IMG/VR virus record: IMGVR_UViG_3300026522_000001
Coordinates: 1-64,000 of that record
DNA from: a virus
Strand: one strand, 5' to 3'
DNA: 64,000 nt
Within the stretch, counting starts at the first letter, position 1, and each line of letters starts with the position of its first letter. The notes below the pieces were generated by a model. It made no database searches and was not told where the DNA came from. It worked only from the letters and a program-made list of their open reading frames with translations. A program made the position numbers and the translations under genes. Positions 16,039 to 27,100 of the stretch are shown here, one piece after another.

Positions 16039-19000
16039 TTAAATTGTAATAAAGTCTTTATCTTCAAATGCACCACTATTCCACTTATAGCCTTTTGTAT
16101 AATTATTTGTTAATTGTGTATATCTTGATGCAATTCTATAGCCATCTTCCATTGTTACTGGTAACAATACAACTTTTCCATTACTATCTAATCCACATAT
16201 TCTATACATTGTAGGTTGTAATTCATATAAGAACCCATCTTGTCCTGTAACAGTACCTAATGTAGTCTGTGTCCCTATTCCTAATAATACACAATCATCT
16301 GTTGTATATGCTTGTGTAACACTATTTACTGTTTGTGGTAATGTTATTGTATTTCCTGTAACTACGCTTTGTGCAAACTGTTCCAAATCTTGTTGTGTTG
16401 TGAATACACCACCTAATATTGGAGCATTGTATTCCATTTCTTTTTCATAGCTTGCCCAAGAATAAATATTATTCTTTTCATCATATACATGTACAGTCAT
16501 ATGAATATTACTGTATTGTTTTAATTTATCATCACCAATAGCATTACAAAAATCTACCCACCTCATTCTCATGGATTTTTTACTAACACCGTTTGGTTGG
16601 TCGTATGCTACATCTTTTGTAACGTCAAATGTTTTATCATATGCTTCTATAGTAACTGTATTAAATAAATTTACATTAGTAACAACTACTGTTGTAGCAT
16701 CTGTTTGTGATATTATACCATAGTTATCAAATTTATTTCTTGGTATAAAACTATATACTAAATCACCAGTGAAATGTTTCTGTATGTCATAATCATCAAC
16801 ATATTTATATTCTGTTATGCTATCTCTATCCATGCCAAACTTCATATTTGCCATTACTGTTGGTTGTTCACTTCTACGTTTTGTGTATATAGTTTCTATT
16901 TTATCTAATTCAAAATCTTGCTCATCATTTACACTTGCCGTTCTTATTTCGTAATTATCTATTGTGATATTTCCTTCTTTGCAAGCATAATTAAGCCCAT
17001 TTGCGTTCATACCCGTATTTAAGAATGTTACTAAACTTCCTTGTGTATGCTTTTGTGGTAATGTATCAAAAATACCTCTTATAATCCCTGTTAGCTTATA
17101 TGTACCATTTGGCATTAATTGCATTTTATCATATGACATTATTTCGTCATCAATCATTACAATATTTTGACTACTCTTATTATTATATGTATCTGGGTCA
17201 TCTGCAATTCTATCACAAATATTATTAAATTGTGAACTAGAATCTGTACCTATATTTTGTATCTCAAATCCATTAGCATCTTCATCAAATGATAATGAAT
17301 ATTCTGTTGTTAGTTCACCAATCATAGAAAATTGAGAACTTCTTGATGTTACTCTAGTTCTACCATCTAAATATTTGTACATAAACCATGAGCGTGTTTC
17401 TTTATCTGGTCTTGTTGCATAAGCATTGATTGTAGTATTTAAATTCAATGTCATTTCATATGGTAATTCCAAGAAAGATGTTTGTTTACTTTCTGTTGGT
17501 TGCTCTGGTGTATCTTCCCATGATATTATACCATGATAATCATAATCAACTTTACCAAATCCAAATACATCTTCTACCGCCGTTATGTTTATAGTTTCAT
17601 CAGTTAATGAACCATAATCTATATCTGTTACCCTAAATGCCTGTTTTGTAATTCCATATGGTTCCCAGTTTATTCTTATTGGGTCTCCCAAAGTTACATT
17701 ATATCCTGCGCGATTACATTTAAATGTTATTGATGCTAATGGGTAACCTGCACTTAATAATGATGTTTGTGCTAATGTTCTTGCATTTTCAGCAGTTGTA
17801 AAATATTGTCCATCAGTATCTTGTTCAGTATAATTATGTGTTATAAATGTATTCGCAGTATCTTGTATAATTACCGTGCTTGTATCATATTTATTATTTG
17901 CATCTGTAAAATTAACATTTATTGCGCTTACTGTTTCAGACCAATCAAGTCTTGTAAACTCCATATTCTCACAATTAGATGTGTTAAATTCTATAACATT
18001 ATCTACATCGTAATCATTACGAATTAGCTTAAATGTTAGCATACCTGTTGTTGGTGAGTCAAAACATACACCATTTATATGTTGCAATATCTTATTTATA
18101 TATGAACTTGCTATATCTACTTGGTTAAATACACATGATACTCCTAATCCTTCTAGTTCGCATATTGCACCTAGCTTTATTAAGCTATCAACATCTATTC
18201 TAGTATCTCCATAATCGCAACCCCAATAATTATTCTTTAGTATCTCATATATAGCATCAGCAGGATTTTCATCATCGCCTAGTCGTCCTAAATGATAACG
18301 ACCATTTTCTACTAATTTATCAAAATTAGATGATACTCTATTAAACTCTGCACTCTTTGCATTTGGATAGTTATCTTTTAATGCTTTCCATTTATCTTTG
18401 ATATCAGATAGTGCACTATTGTAATTAACCATTTCTGCATCTGTGTCTGCCGATATAGTTCCTATATATGTATTTAGCGTATTATCACAGGCATCTTTGT
18501 AGTCTTTTATTGCATCCTTTACTGCTTGGTTTTGCTCCGATATATATTTATTAATATAATCGTAAGAATTAGTTATATCATTTCTATATTTCTGTATTAT
18601 TCTATTTTTATGATTTGTCCATAACTTATTTGGATAATTTACTATTTCAAACCACATTTCTGGTATATTTGGTTGCTTTCCTATATATGCTTTTGGTATT
18701 ACACATGTAAAATACATTGGATATACTGGTGTTAATCCTTTTAAATCATCCTCTACTTGTGCATTATCTGTCATTTGCTTAACCATCCAGCTATCTCTAC
18801 CCTGTTCTGTAGTACCAAAATATAGCCTAATATCTCCTACAAATCCACCGCCCTCATCTGGGCCACCAAACATATCCTCATCGTCTATATGAGCTACTAT
18901 ACCTTTTGGATTATCTACTTTCCATGCTACATGGTCGTTATTATCCCATACACCTTTTTCTGTAGATTCTTCAACCTTATCATCATACACATTCATGTAT

Positions 19001-19617
19001 ATTTTTTTTATTCCTATATTATCTCCTGTCCAACATATTATATGTTGCCAACCTAAATAATATTTAAACCCTTTTTGTATAGTTGTTTTTAGTAAATGTT
19101 TATTTATTAATGACATTAATATCCATACAAAGAAATGTGAAACAGCTTTCATCATTGCCGCACGTTTACCACCAGAATCTATAGTATTACCTTCACCTGG
19201 GCTAGAAGTAACACCACCACCACCACTTGTTGTAACATGTTGACCTGGGTGTACAATAACTTTATCTGGTATAGATATGCTAACTATCAAATCTATTAAC
19301 GTCCCCAATATCATAGGCCATACGTTTAATTTACTATGTGCTCCATATTCTTCTGTATATATTTTATAATCATAATCTCCATAATAACTAACTAGTGGAG
19401 TTTTAATCATTCCACGTCCAATTACTACAGGGATTGCACTACCTATTGCATTAACATTATCATATGTAAACTTTGATGGCTCTTGGATGCTACTTCCATC
19501 ATTACCAAATCTTCTCCTCAATAGCCATAGTAGCGTTGTTGATATACCCCAACCAAGATATGCTGAAAATTGGTTTTTATTTTCATTATTTTCATTATTT
19601 TTTGCGCGCTTACCCAA
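16039..19617 (-). CDS. Host-specificity / central tail hub protein (lambda J / GTA g15-like)
   Basis: 1192 aa; follows a DUF2163-like gene as in GTA-type tails; N-terminal SAIPVVIGRGMIKTPLV motif. Confidence 0.6.
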   Translation of the reverse strand: MGKRAKNNENNENKNQFSAYLGWGISTTLLWLLRRRFGNDGSSIQEPSKFTYDNVNAIGSAIPVVIGRGMIKTPLVSYYGDYDYKIYTEEYGAHSKLNVWPMILGTLIDLIVSISIPDKVIVHPGQHVTTSGGGGVTSSPGEGNTIDSGGKRAAMMKAVSHFFVWILMSLINKHLLKTTIQKGFKYYLGWQHIICWTGDNIGIKKIYMNVYDDKVEESTEKGVWDNNDHVAWKVDNPKGIVAHIDDEDMFGGPDEGGGFVGDIRLYFGTTEQGRDSWMVKQMTDNAQVEDDLKGLTPVYPMYFTCVIPKAYIGKQPNIPEMWFEIVNYPNKLWTNHKNRIIQKYRNDITNSYDYINKYISEQNQAVKDAIKDYKDACDNTLNTYIGTISADTDAEMVNYNSALSDIKDKWKALKDNYPNAKSAEFNRVSSNFDKLVENGRYHLGRLGDDENPADAIYEILKNNYWGCDYGDTRIDVDSLIKLGAICELEGLGVSCVFNQVDIASSYINKILQHINGVCFDSPTTGMLTFKLIRNDYDVDNVIEFNTSNCENMEFTRLDWSETVSAINVNFTDANNKYDTSTVIIQDTANTFITHNYTEQDTDGQYFTTAENARTLAQTSLLSAGYPLASITFKCNRAGYNVTLGDPIRINWEPYGITKQAFRVTDIDYGSLTDETINITAVEDVFGFGKVDYDYHGIISWEDTPEQPTESKQTSFLELPYEMTLNLNTTINAYATRPDKETRSWFMYKYLDGRTRVTSRSSQFSMIGELTTEYSLSFDEDANGFEIQNIGTDSSSQFNNICDRIADDPDTYNNKSSQNIVMIDDEIMSYDKMQLMPNGTYKLTGIIRGIFDTLPQKHTQGSLVTFLNTGMNANGLNYACKEGNITIDNYEIRTASVNDEQDFELDKIETIYTKRRSEQPTVMANMKFGMDRDSITEYKYVDDYDIQKHFTGDLVYSFIPRNKFDNYGIISQTDATTVVVTNVNLFNTVTIEAYDKTFDVTKDVAYDQPNGVSKKSMRMRWVDFCNAIGDDKLKQYSNIHMTVHVYDEKNNIYSWASYEKEMEYNAPILGGVFTTQQDLEQFAQSVVTGNTITLPQTVNSVTQAYTTDDCVLLGIGTQTTLGTVTGQDGFLYELQPTMYRICGLDSNGKVVLLPVTMEDGYRIASRYTQLTNNYTKGYKWNSGAFEDKDFITI

Positions 19618-19692
19618 TTATATTGTCACCTCTATAAATAAAAAAAAAATTCCTTACACATATTATATCATGTATAAGGAAAATTATCAATA

Positions 19693-20583
19693 TTAACCTA
19701 AGTTCATTGAATATATCTTTCTATCTGTATCTCGTGTAATTACATCTGTCATTACCCAATATGCTGGCGGATTTTGTGTGCTTCTTCTAGTATATACATT
19801 ATATGCTGGAATATAAGGCACTCCACTAAAATTATCTGTATTATGAAATTTTCTAGCACATTTTGTAAATAGATTACTGCATCCAGCATAAGCATAAAAT
19901 GTATTTTGTTTATCATTATCATTTATTGGATATTTTAGATATATTGTATTACCTTCATGCCTTTTTATTTGTCTATAGCAATTTCCCATTTTTATAAAGC
20001 CATCAGTAAACCACCCATTTTCAACATCTTCTAAATTCTTTGATTGTATAGTTAGTCCACTATGACTATCTACATAACATTTTAATTTCCATTCATCCAT
20101 ATTTAACATGCATTTATTATCATATATACAATTTATACAATAATAGCTTAATTTACCTTTTGGTACATTTCTTGACATTACATTTTCTATTGTAATAGTT
20201 AATTCTACTTCACTATCTATAAAATGCGCTTGCGTTACTGTTCCATCTAGTATTTTTATATAGTCTTGCTGACCTTCGCCATGCATACGATATATTTTTA
20301 ATTCAACACCGTCTTCTTCTGGTGGCGCTCCTTGATATAATAACCCTATTTGTGATGTTCTATTCATAGTTACTATACAAGTTTCTTTATTTGTAGTACC
20401 TAGTTTTAGACTATCTCCCCTATGAATATATTCTGCCGTACATGCATATATAACACCATCTAAATTAATAGTTTGTGAAAAATTTGAGCTTGTGTAGGCA
20501 TATTCAACACCATTATAGGTAAATATGTATATTTCTACAGGGTTACCATCGTCAACCGATAATTCACTAGTATTATAACTCAT
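19693..20583 (-). CDS. DUF2163 / phage BR0599-family tail protein (GTA g13-like)
   Basis: 296 aa; PVEIYIFTYNGVEYAYTSS...DGVIY N-terminus and C-terminal GCSNLFTKCARKFHNTDNFSGVPYIP (C..C..F.N..NF.G.P.IP) signature. Confidence 0.7.
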   Translation of the reverse strand: MSYNTSELSVDDGNPVEIYIFTYNGVEYAYTSSNFSQTINLDGVIYACTAEYIHRGDSLKLGTTNKETCIVTMNRTSQIGLLYQGAPPEEDGVELKIYRMHGEGQQDYIKILDGTVTQAHFIDSEVELTITIENVMSRNVPKGKLSYYCINCIYDNKCMLNMDEWKLKCYVDSHSGLTIQSKNLEDVENGWFTDGFIKMGNCYRQIKRHEGNTIYLKYPINDNDKQNTFYAYAGCSNLFTKCARKFHNTDNFSGVPYIPAYNVYTRRSTQNPPAYWVMTDVITRDTDRKIYSMNLG

Positions 20584-21842
20584 ACGTCCACTTCCTTAAA
20601 TGATACTGTTGTTGTAGCTACACAATCTGTCTCATAATTAAATTGTATCTCGTCGCTATCAAATCTTACTAGATTAAAATATGATATCATCATTATATTA
20701 TCTAATGGTATAGTTTCTTTTACTGTATCTGATAATAATATTTTACCTACTTTTATCTCCCCATATGTAGGGTCATGCCTTTTATCAGTAGCATATCCAA
20801 ATATTTTAAATATATGTGCTTGAAAATCTTTTGTCAATACTACTATATATTTCTTTCTTGTTACTGCTGAATAATAATCATACATGCCATTAAACTCTGT
20901 TATGATATAGTTTTGACCACCAACAATATCTTCATATGGCTCTATATCATTTACCCATGTTGGACAATAAAATGCTTTATATCTACCGCTAACATTTCTA
21001 AAAAATCTTTTCATATCAAATATCATTGATTTATCTAAAAGGTTTATATCCCATGTTTGTGTATCATAATAATAATTACTTTTCATATCATATTGGAATA
21101 TACCTGTATTATTATCAAGTTTATTTACATTTTTATTTATTTTTAAATTTACAGATTCGTCGCCTACCCATGTAGGTGTGAATAAAAATACTTCTCTATC
21201 ATTAAATGTTTGTGGTAGATTAAACATATTAAAATTTTCTGACGTACCCTCATAAGGTAATACTTTTGCTGGCAAACTTACGTTTCCTACTGCATTTACT
21301 GCTTCAAAATTTAATACAGTATGTGTTCCTCTAGCAAATACATAGTTTACATCTGACGATGGTTGCGTACATGTATTTATTAATGGATAAACAAATGTAG
21401 TTCCTGCTCTAAATGGTTTTGATACAGGGTCTTTTAATTCTATTATACCAACATTATTTTTATCATCTATTCTATAGTGCCTTACTTTTCTTACCATATT
21501 CTTACTTCTGCCCAATGGGTCATCTTCATAAAATAATTCTACATAATCACAATTTTCAAAATTATATAATGAGTTTACTGGTATTTTTATTATTTTACCA
21601 CCTAATACATCCTCTACTACTGGTGTAGCATTAAACCATAATGGTATATACTGTGTTCTATTTTGTTTTTGTCTTAATAATGCTCTTATCCATTGTGCTT
21701 GAAATACATCCATAGCATCGTAGTCAAAACTAAATTTACGTCTAGGATATTGCCTAGTTTTTAGTCTTTGCTCTTTACCGTCATAACTTGTTATTATACT
21801 TGTATTATATTCATATGTTTCTGTTATTTTTGTATCTGCCAA
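20580..21842 (-). CDS. Distal tail protein-like (GTA g12 / DUF2460-like), moderate call
   Basis: 420 aa; 4-nt overlap with the DUF2163 gene; N-terminal SYDGKEQRLKTRQYPRRKFSFDY resembles the family pattern. Confidence 0.5.
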   Translation of the reverse strand: MADTKITETYEYNTSIITSYDGKEQRLKTRQYPRRKFSFDYDAMDVFQAQWIRALLRQKQNRTQYIPLWFNATPVVEDVLGGKIIKIPVNSLYNFENCDYVELFYEDDPLGRSKNMVRKVRHYRIDDKNNVGIIELKDPVSKPFRAGTTFVYPLINTCTQPSSDVNYVFARGTHTVLNFEAVNAVGNVSLPAKVLPYEGTSENFNMFNLPQTFNDREVFLFTPTWVGDESVNLKINKNVNKLDNNTGIFQYDMKSNYYYDTQTWDINLLDKSMIFDMKRFFRNVSGRYKAFYCPTWVNDIEPYEDIVGGQNYIITEFNGMYDYYSAVTRKKYIVVLTKDFQAHIFKIFGYATDKRHDPTYGEIKVGKILLSDTVKETIPLDNIMMISYFNLVRFDSDEIQFNYETDCVATTTVSFKEVDV

Positions 21843-21854
21843 CTAAGTCTCACC

Positions 21855-22514
21855 TCAATTCCTGTGACTTGGGCTATACTCGCCATAATACTTTAATTCT
21901 GCGGCTTTTCTAGCATTTAATGCTTCTTCTTCTGTATCGAACCTACCCAAATGAATAGCCTTTTTATCTACTGTAATATATGCTTCCCATTTACCATAAT
22001 GAAACCTATATCCTTTTGCACCACGTCTATTAAAATTATTATGTGATATTGTAATCCATCTACAATTCTCTGGCGAATATCCTTTATCATTATCAAATCT
22101 ATCTAATTGTAATCCTTCTTTATATCCACTGTTATTAGCCCACTCAACAAATGCTTTTAGACCTTCAACTGTATCTGCCCATTCTTCACATACTTTAATT
22201 CCCCTACCACCGTAATTAGGGTATTTATAATCTTTTTCGTATTCACAACGTTTGTGCATGTCCTTAAAAACTGGGTATAATTTATTACTAGATAAATTAT
22301 GTTTTGTGAAAGTATGCTTTATAGTGCAAGCATGACACATTTTAGTTTTGCTATGCGTTAAATTTGATAATTGTACGTGGTATATTTTTCCACACCCTAA
22401 ACATTTCAAAATCAACATTCTTGCACCACTTTTATTTGGTTTTGGTAGTTCCCCCAAATACTGCCAATGTCCAATAACTTCTCCAACTGTAAAATTGTAC
22501 TTTCTGTTAGCCAT
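21855..22514 (-). CDS. HNH homing endonuclease with AP2 DNA-binding domain and one zinc-ribbon module
   Basis: 219 aa; LDRFDNDKGYSPENCRWITISHNNFN (HNH_3-like), GYRFHYGKWEAYITVDKKAIHLGRFDTEEEA (AP2), N-terminal KCLGCG...CHAC. Confidence 0.75.
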   Translation of the reverse strand: MANRKYNFTVGEVIGHWQYLGELPKPNKSGARMLILKCLGCGKIYHVQLSNLTHSKTKMCHACTIKHTFTKHNLSSNKLYPVFKDMHKRCEYEKDYKYPNYGGRGIKVCEEWADTVEGLKAFVEWANNSGYKEGLQLDRFDNDKGYSPENCRWITISHNNFNRRGAKGYRFHYGKWEAYITVDKKAIHLGRFDTEEEALNARKAAELKYYGEYSPSHRN

Positions 22515-22547
22515 AGTTAACTTCCTCCTAAATCATTTGATACATCT

Positions 22548-22576
22548 ATTATAGCATGATTTTCCTTGGTTGTCAA
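22548..22576 (-). promoter_or_regulatory. Consensus promoter for the HNH-AP2 gene
   Basis: Minus strand TTGACA (22571-22576)-N17-TATAAT (22548-22553). Confidence 0.6.
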
Positions 22577-22588
22577 CTACATGATTTT

Positions 22589-24130
22589 CTACCAGCTCGG
22601 ACTGAGGTCATATATTGAAATACTAACATCATCATTCCAATGTTCACCATGCCCTGCAATAACAAATTTATATTTACCATAAATTAACCAAGGCTCATAT
22701 ATAGGTCTATTATTTATTCCTACATCTGGTCTTTGTAATGGCTCTAATGCAGGATATAATGATGTTGAATACTCTGACAACGACCATGTTAAACTTAATG
22801 GTTTTGCAGTTAATTTAGGATATTTCTTATATTTAATAAGCACATCACAAATTTTATTTAAATATTTACTGTCTATGCCTAAATCTGTTAATGTAAAATC
22901 TTGTAATACTAAATAATTTGTTCTAAAACCATCTTTATTTTCATATGTTAATACTTCATCTTTTTTATATTCTTTTCCTATTTCTACTTCTTTTATATCA
23001 CTATCATAACATAAATAATAATCTTTATTTATACCATCATGGCAACTTTTACAACCACCACATATAAATTCTGAATCTAGCTTAGATTCTACTTCTATCC
23101 AATTATCTTTTTCTGCTTCAAAATCCCCTGTAGATGTATATTCCTTTATACATCTATAATATTTATACTCATATGCTACAAAATCACATTGTTTATATTC
23201 TTTGTTTTTTACATATTTCTTTATTTTATTTTTATTCTGCCCCTTACTTGCAATATGTGCAATCCATTTTACTCCATTTTCATCATCTATGGTTACAAAA
23301 GTTCCACTACAATTTTCTCCTTCTGGGTTATATGGGTCTATATGTGTTGGGTCAATTTTGACATGGGTTGCTCTTAACCATTCAAAACCTTCTAAATAAA
23401 AATATGTATTACTTAGTACCTTATTAAATGATAGTGTTGGATATTTATTTAATCCTGTATACTGATAATATCCTCCATTAGCAACGTGTAACCTAGACCA
23501 CTCACCAAAATATTCATATACTGTTGTTCCTGCTTTTTTATTTATTATTGTATCATATGTTGCTAATAACTTTATAAAGAATGTTGGATTATTTATGTCA
23601 TCTTTACCATATGGTCTTGCTAAATCAGCAAGATATATATTTCCAATACCCTCTTTACTATCATCATCTATTACCATATCATATACTGGTTTTTCAAAAT
23701 GCCCTATAATAAAATATTTTGTACTGTCATCATTACCACCATATATTACTTTAAATTGGTGGCTATTAGCTATAGTAAAATCTATTTTCATATCTGCTAT
23801 TGATGTGATATTTGTAGTTCTTGACTTTAATGTTTTTGTTTCATCGTATACTTCAAATACTTTTGTTGATGTGTTGTATACATATAAATACCCATCTTGC
23901 CTTGTCAATACTGCCGTTCCTGCTGGTAATGTTCCAGTATTTAAATGTAACATTCCCCACATTCTCATTGTCATAGTATCCCCATACCAAGGAAATTGTG
24001 TTAAACTACTAAGCATTTCTGCCGATACTATTCTTATTCCATTCCAATATGGGTAACTAAAATCAAAACTAGCATTTACTGGACTAAATGCTCTATATCC
24101 TATTTCTTTTACATAATATTCATTTGCCAA
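22589..24130 (-). CDS. Tail fibre/baseplate-associated structural protein with one CBM5/12-like module
   Basis: 513 aa; YKQCDFVAYEYKYYRCIKEYTSTGDFEAEKDNWIEV matches the repeat of ORF 12646-15951. Confidence 0.5.
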   Translation of the reverse strand: MANEYYVKEIGYRAFSPVNASFDFSYPYWNGIRIVSAEMLSSLTQFPWYGDTMTMRMWGMLHLNTGTLPAGTAVLTRQDGYLYVYNTSTKVFEVYDETKTLKSRTTNITSIADMKIDFTIANSHQFKVIYGGNDDSTKYFIIGHFEKPVYDMVIDDDSKEGIGNIYLADLARPYGKDDINNPTFFIKLLATYDTIINKKAGTTVYEYFGEWSRLHVANGGYYQYTGLNKYPTLSFNKVLSNTYFYLEGFEWLRATHVKIDPTHIDPYNPEGENCSGTFVTIDDENGVKWIAHIASKGQNKNKIKKYVKNKEYKQCDFVAYEYKYYRCIKEYTSTGDFEAEKDNWIEVESKLDSEFICGGCKSCHDGINKDYYLCYDSDIKEVEIGKEYKKDEVLTYENKDGFRTNYLVLQDFTLTDLGIDSKYLNKICDVLIKYKKYPKLTAKPLSLTWSLSEYSTSLYPALEPLQRPDVGINNRPIYEPWLIYGKYKFVIAGHGEHWNDDVSISIYDLSPSW

Positions 24131-24152
24131 TATATCACCACCACCAATAAAA

Positions 24153-24188
24153 AATCCTCTATATATATATTATAATATATAGAGGATT
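24153..24188 (-). terminator. Intrinsic terminator after the 1013-aa gene
   Basis: 13-bp stem aatcctctatata/tatatagaggatt followed by TTTTTT on the minus strand. Confidence 0.65.
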
Positions 24189-24197
24189 TATTGTCAA
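24169..24197 (-). promoter_or_regulatory. Consensus promoter overlapping the terminator hairpin
   Basis: Minus strand TTGACA (24192-24197)-N17-TATAAT (24169-24174). Confidence 0.55.
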
Positions 24198-27100
24198 TTT
24201 GATTCTTTTGTATTATCCTCAGTTTTTGCTTCTTCTTCTTGATATATTGAAATACCATCAAAACCATAATATCCTCTGCGCTTACCCATTGGGAATATTT
24301 CACAAAGTATATTACTTTCTGGGTATTGAATTTCATATGTATGTGATGTTTGCATGTTTAATGTGCTTATAAAATATATACCATTAGCCGCACCGGCTGG
24401 TGCATATAAATCCATGGCATCTGGGTCTACACATACACTAAAATATATTGGCATATTTATTGTAATACAATTTAATGTATTTATATCTCTACCCCAATCT
24501 AGTCTTTCTTTTGATTGTAGATATAAATAGTGTGGTATTTTACCGTTCTGTGCTTGCCCTTTTACTCTTATTGGTAATGATAGTCTCTTACCTGTTATAT
24601 TATCATTACCACTACTTGCCCAATAGATGTTTCCTCTTGCATCTGTTGGTGCCTCATCTATATCTATTCTCAAGAATGTATTTGAATATTGACCGCTACT
24701 TAATACTGGTAATATAGCTTCATCTGATTCATCTTCATCTTCATATACTTTATATGCAGTTTTCATCATATATCTTGTAGCTGAACCACTAAAATATGCT
24801 CCACCTGTCCATGTGTCATATTTATCTAAATTACCAAATATTAAATGCGTTGTTTGGAATAATTGTGATGTTGTGTCATCTTTATAGGTTATTCCTACAC
24901 CATTCTCTAAATTTGATATATAAGCATCAAATGCAGTATCATATGTTGTCATATCTTGTTGATATTTTGTCATATCTGTATTATATTGAGTCATAGCAGT
25001 ATTATAGTCATCATCTATTTTTTTACAATCTGCTTTATATTGTACCCAATCATCTGATGTCTGATTATAATATCCTATTATGTTATCTATTTCAAAATTA
25101 TTTGCTTTATTAGATTTATAATTATTTATCAATATGTCCTTAGGAACTAAATAAAGAGTGCTTGTATCGTATGTAGGTTTTGATGAACTACCAGTAGATG
25201 TAATAGTATAATTATTTTGTTTTGGTGTTTTCATAATGTTACAAAAATAACATTTAAATGATTTATCCTTACTTACCATATATGGAGCTACGCCAAAAAA
25301 GTTTACTACACTACTAAAATCCTTTTCTGTCATATATGATGTGATACTATATGACATACCAAAATCATATGATGATGATGTTGTTACTGATGATATTAAT
25401 GCACCTTTTATAGCTGGAACATATGTAACACCATCTGACTTTCCTAAACTATCACATATTGATTGTAAATTAGTATCAGCAGTAACTACTTGCATTGACT
25501 GCAAATCTAAACGTAACGCACTATAATTAGTTCCTGCGGAAGAATTTAAATCATTTAATTTATTATTAATATTTATTGCATATGATTGTAAATCTGATAC
25601 ACTACCACACCCAATATCAGAACCATTATCCCCAACTAAAACATCCCAAAACCGTGCATATGCATGGTCTGGCATATCTGACATAGCTCTTATTGCTGGT
25701 TTTGTAGGTTTATTTGGATATTGTGCTTTTACAGGTTTTACAGGTGGTGTTGGTCTTGTTGGTGGGTCTGCAACTTTATCAATAACTCTTTGTCCTTGTT
25801 TTACTAAACTAAATGTTAATGTATCTGTTGGTTTAGTAATTTCATTACAATATAAATTATATGTAAATCCTGTTGCATTTTTATTTTTCAAGTATGTTAT
25901 ATAATTATCTTCTGCTGTTAAATATGCTTGATATGCCGCTACTTTCTGAAGATATTTGTTATAATCTGCAGCTTTATTATTATAGTCTGTGTCTATTTTA
26001 TCACACTCTTGCTGATATTTTTGTAAATCTGCTTGATACTGTGCATCTATTGCCGCGACTTGTTGATTATAGGTTGCTAAATCAGATTGATATTGTTTTA
26101 ATGCAGTATCATAATCTGAAATTGTTTGGCTGAAATTCTTTAGTTTTTCAAATACTGATTTTGGCATAGCTATACCAACAATACCGTCATAAAATCCTTC
26201 TCTATATGGCCCAACTGTTGCAGTAAGTAAACTTGAGTTTACATCGCCGTTATTTTTATGTTCCACAATGGCGAATGGAAAATTAAAATTACTACCAACA
26301 GAATACTTCTCTTTCGCCTGTTCTGGCATAGCGTTCCATTTATCCATAAAACTACTTTCAGTAAGTGTGGATATTTCTTGTCCAAATACTTCAATCACAT
26401 CTTTGAACGTACCTGTACCGCCAACATATACACCTTTATTTTTAAACTCATTACCATTTTCTATTGTAGCTTGAGTACCATTAGTAACTATTCTCATTGA
26501 GTTATTATCAAATAAAAATACTATTTCATTATTATATTGATGTGCGGTATCGTATAATAAATCAGCTAGTGGAACACCCCTACCACCATATTTATCTTTA
26601 TCATTCTGTAATGAAAATGGGTCTGTTCCATGTATGTTTGTAATACGTGGTGCTATTTTTCGGCCTAGGCTTGCGTTCTTATCACTCCTAACTACTGTAG
26701 GGTCTGTTGGCTCTGTTGGCCTTGTTGGGTAATTTGCCCTTTTAGGTGCTTCTGGATAATCTTCTTTTACTGGTTTATCTACTGGAGTAGGATAATCTAC
26801 TTTTGTAGGTCTTGTCTGTACTGTTGTTGCAGTTCCCTGTGTTACTGGCATAAATACACCCTGTACATCTTTTCCTCTATATTGTACAGGTGCATTATAT
26901 TGATTATACCATCGTTGTGCCTTTGAATAACCTTCTGATACTGTCATGCCAATACCATAATAATGGATATCTTTATCTGCGCTTAAGCTATCCATTTGTG
27001 CATCGTCATTTGTGCCAAATATATTTGTACCATTTGCACTACGTAAACTTATAAAATATTCATTCGTTCTATCTTGAAATACTATTTTTTTACCATCATT

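Noticed and set aside
24109-24336. 75-aa minus-strand ORF overlapping the end of the 1013-aa gene
   Set aside because: It lies out of frame inside a supported gene and spans the terminator/promoter junction.
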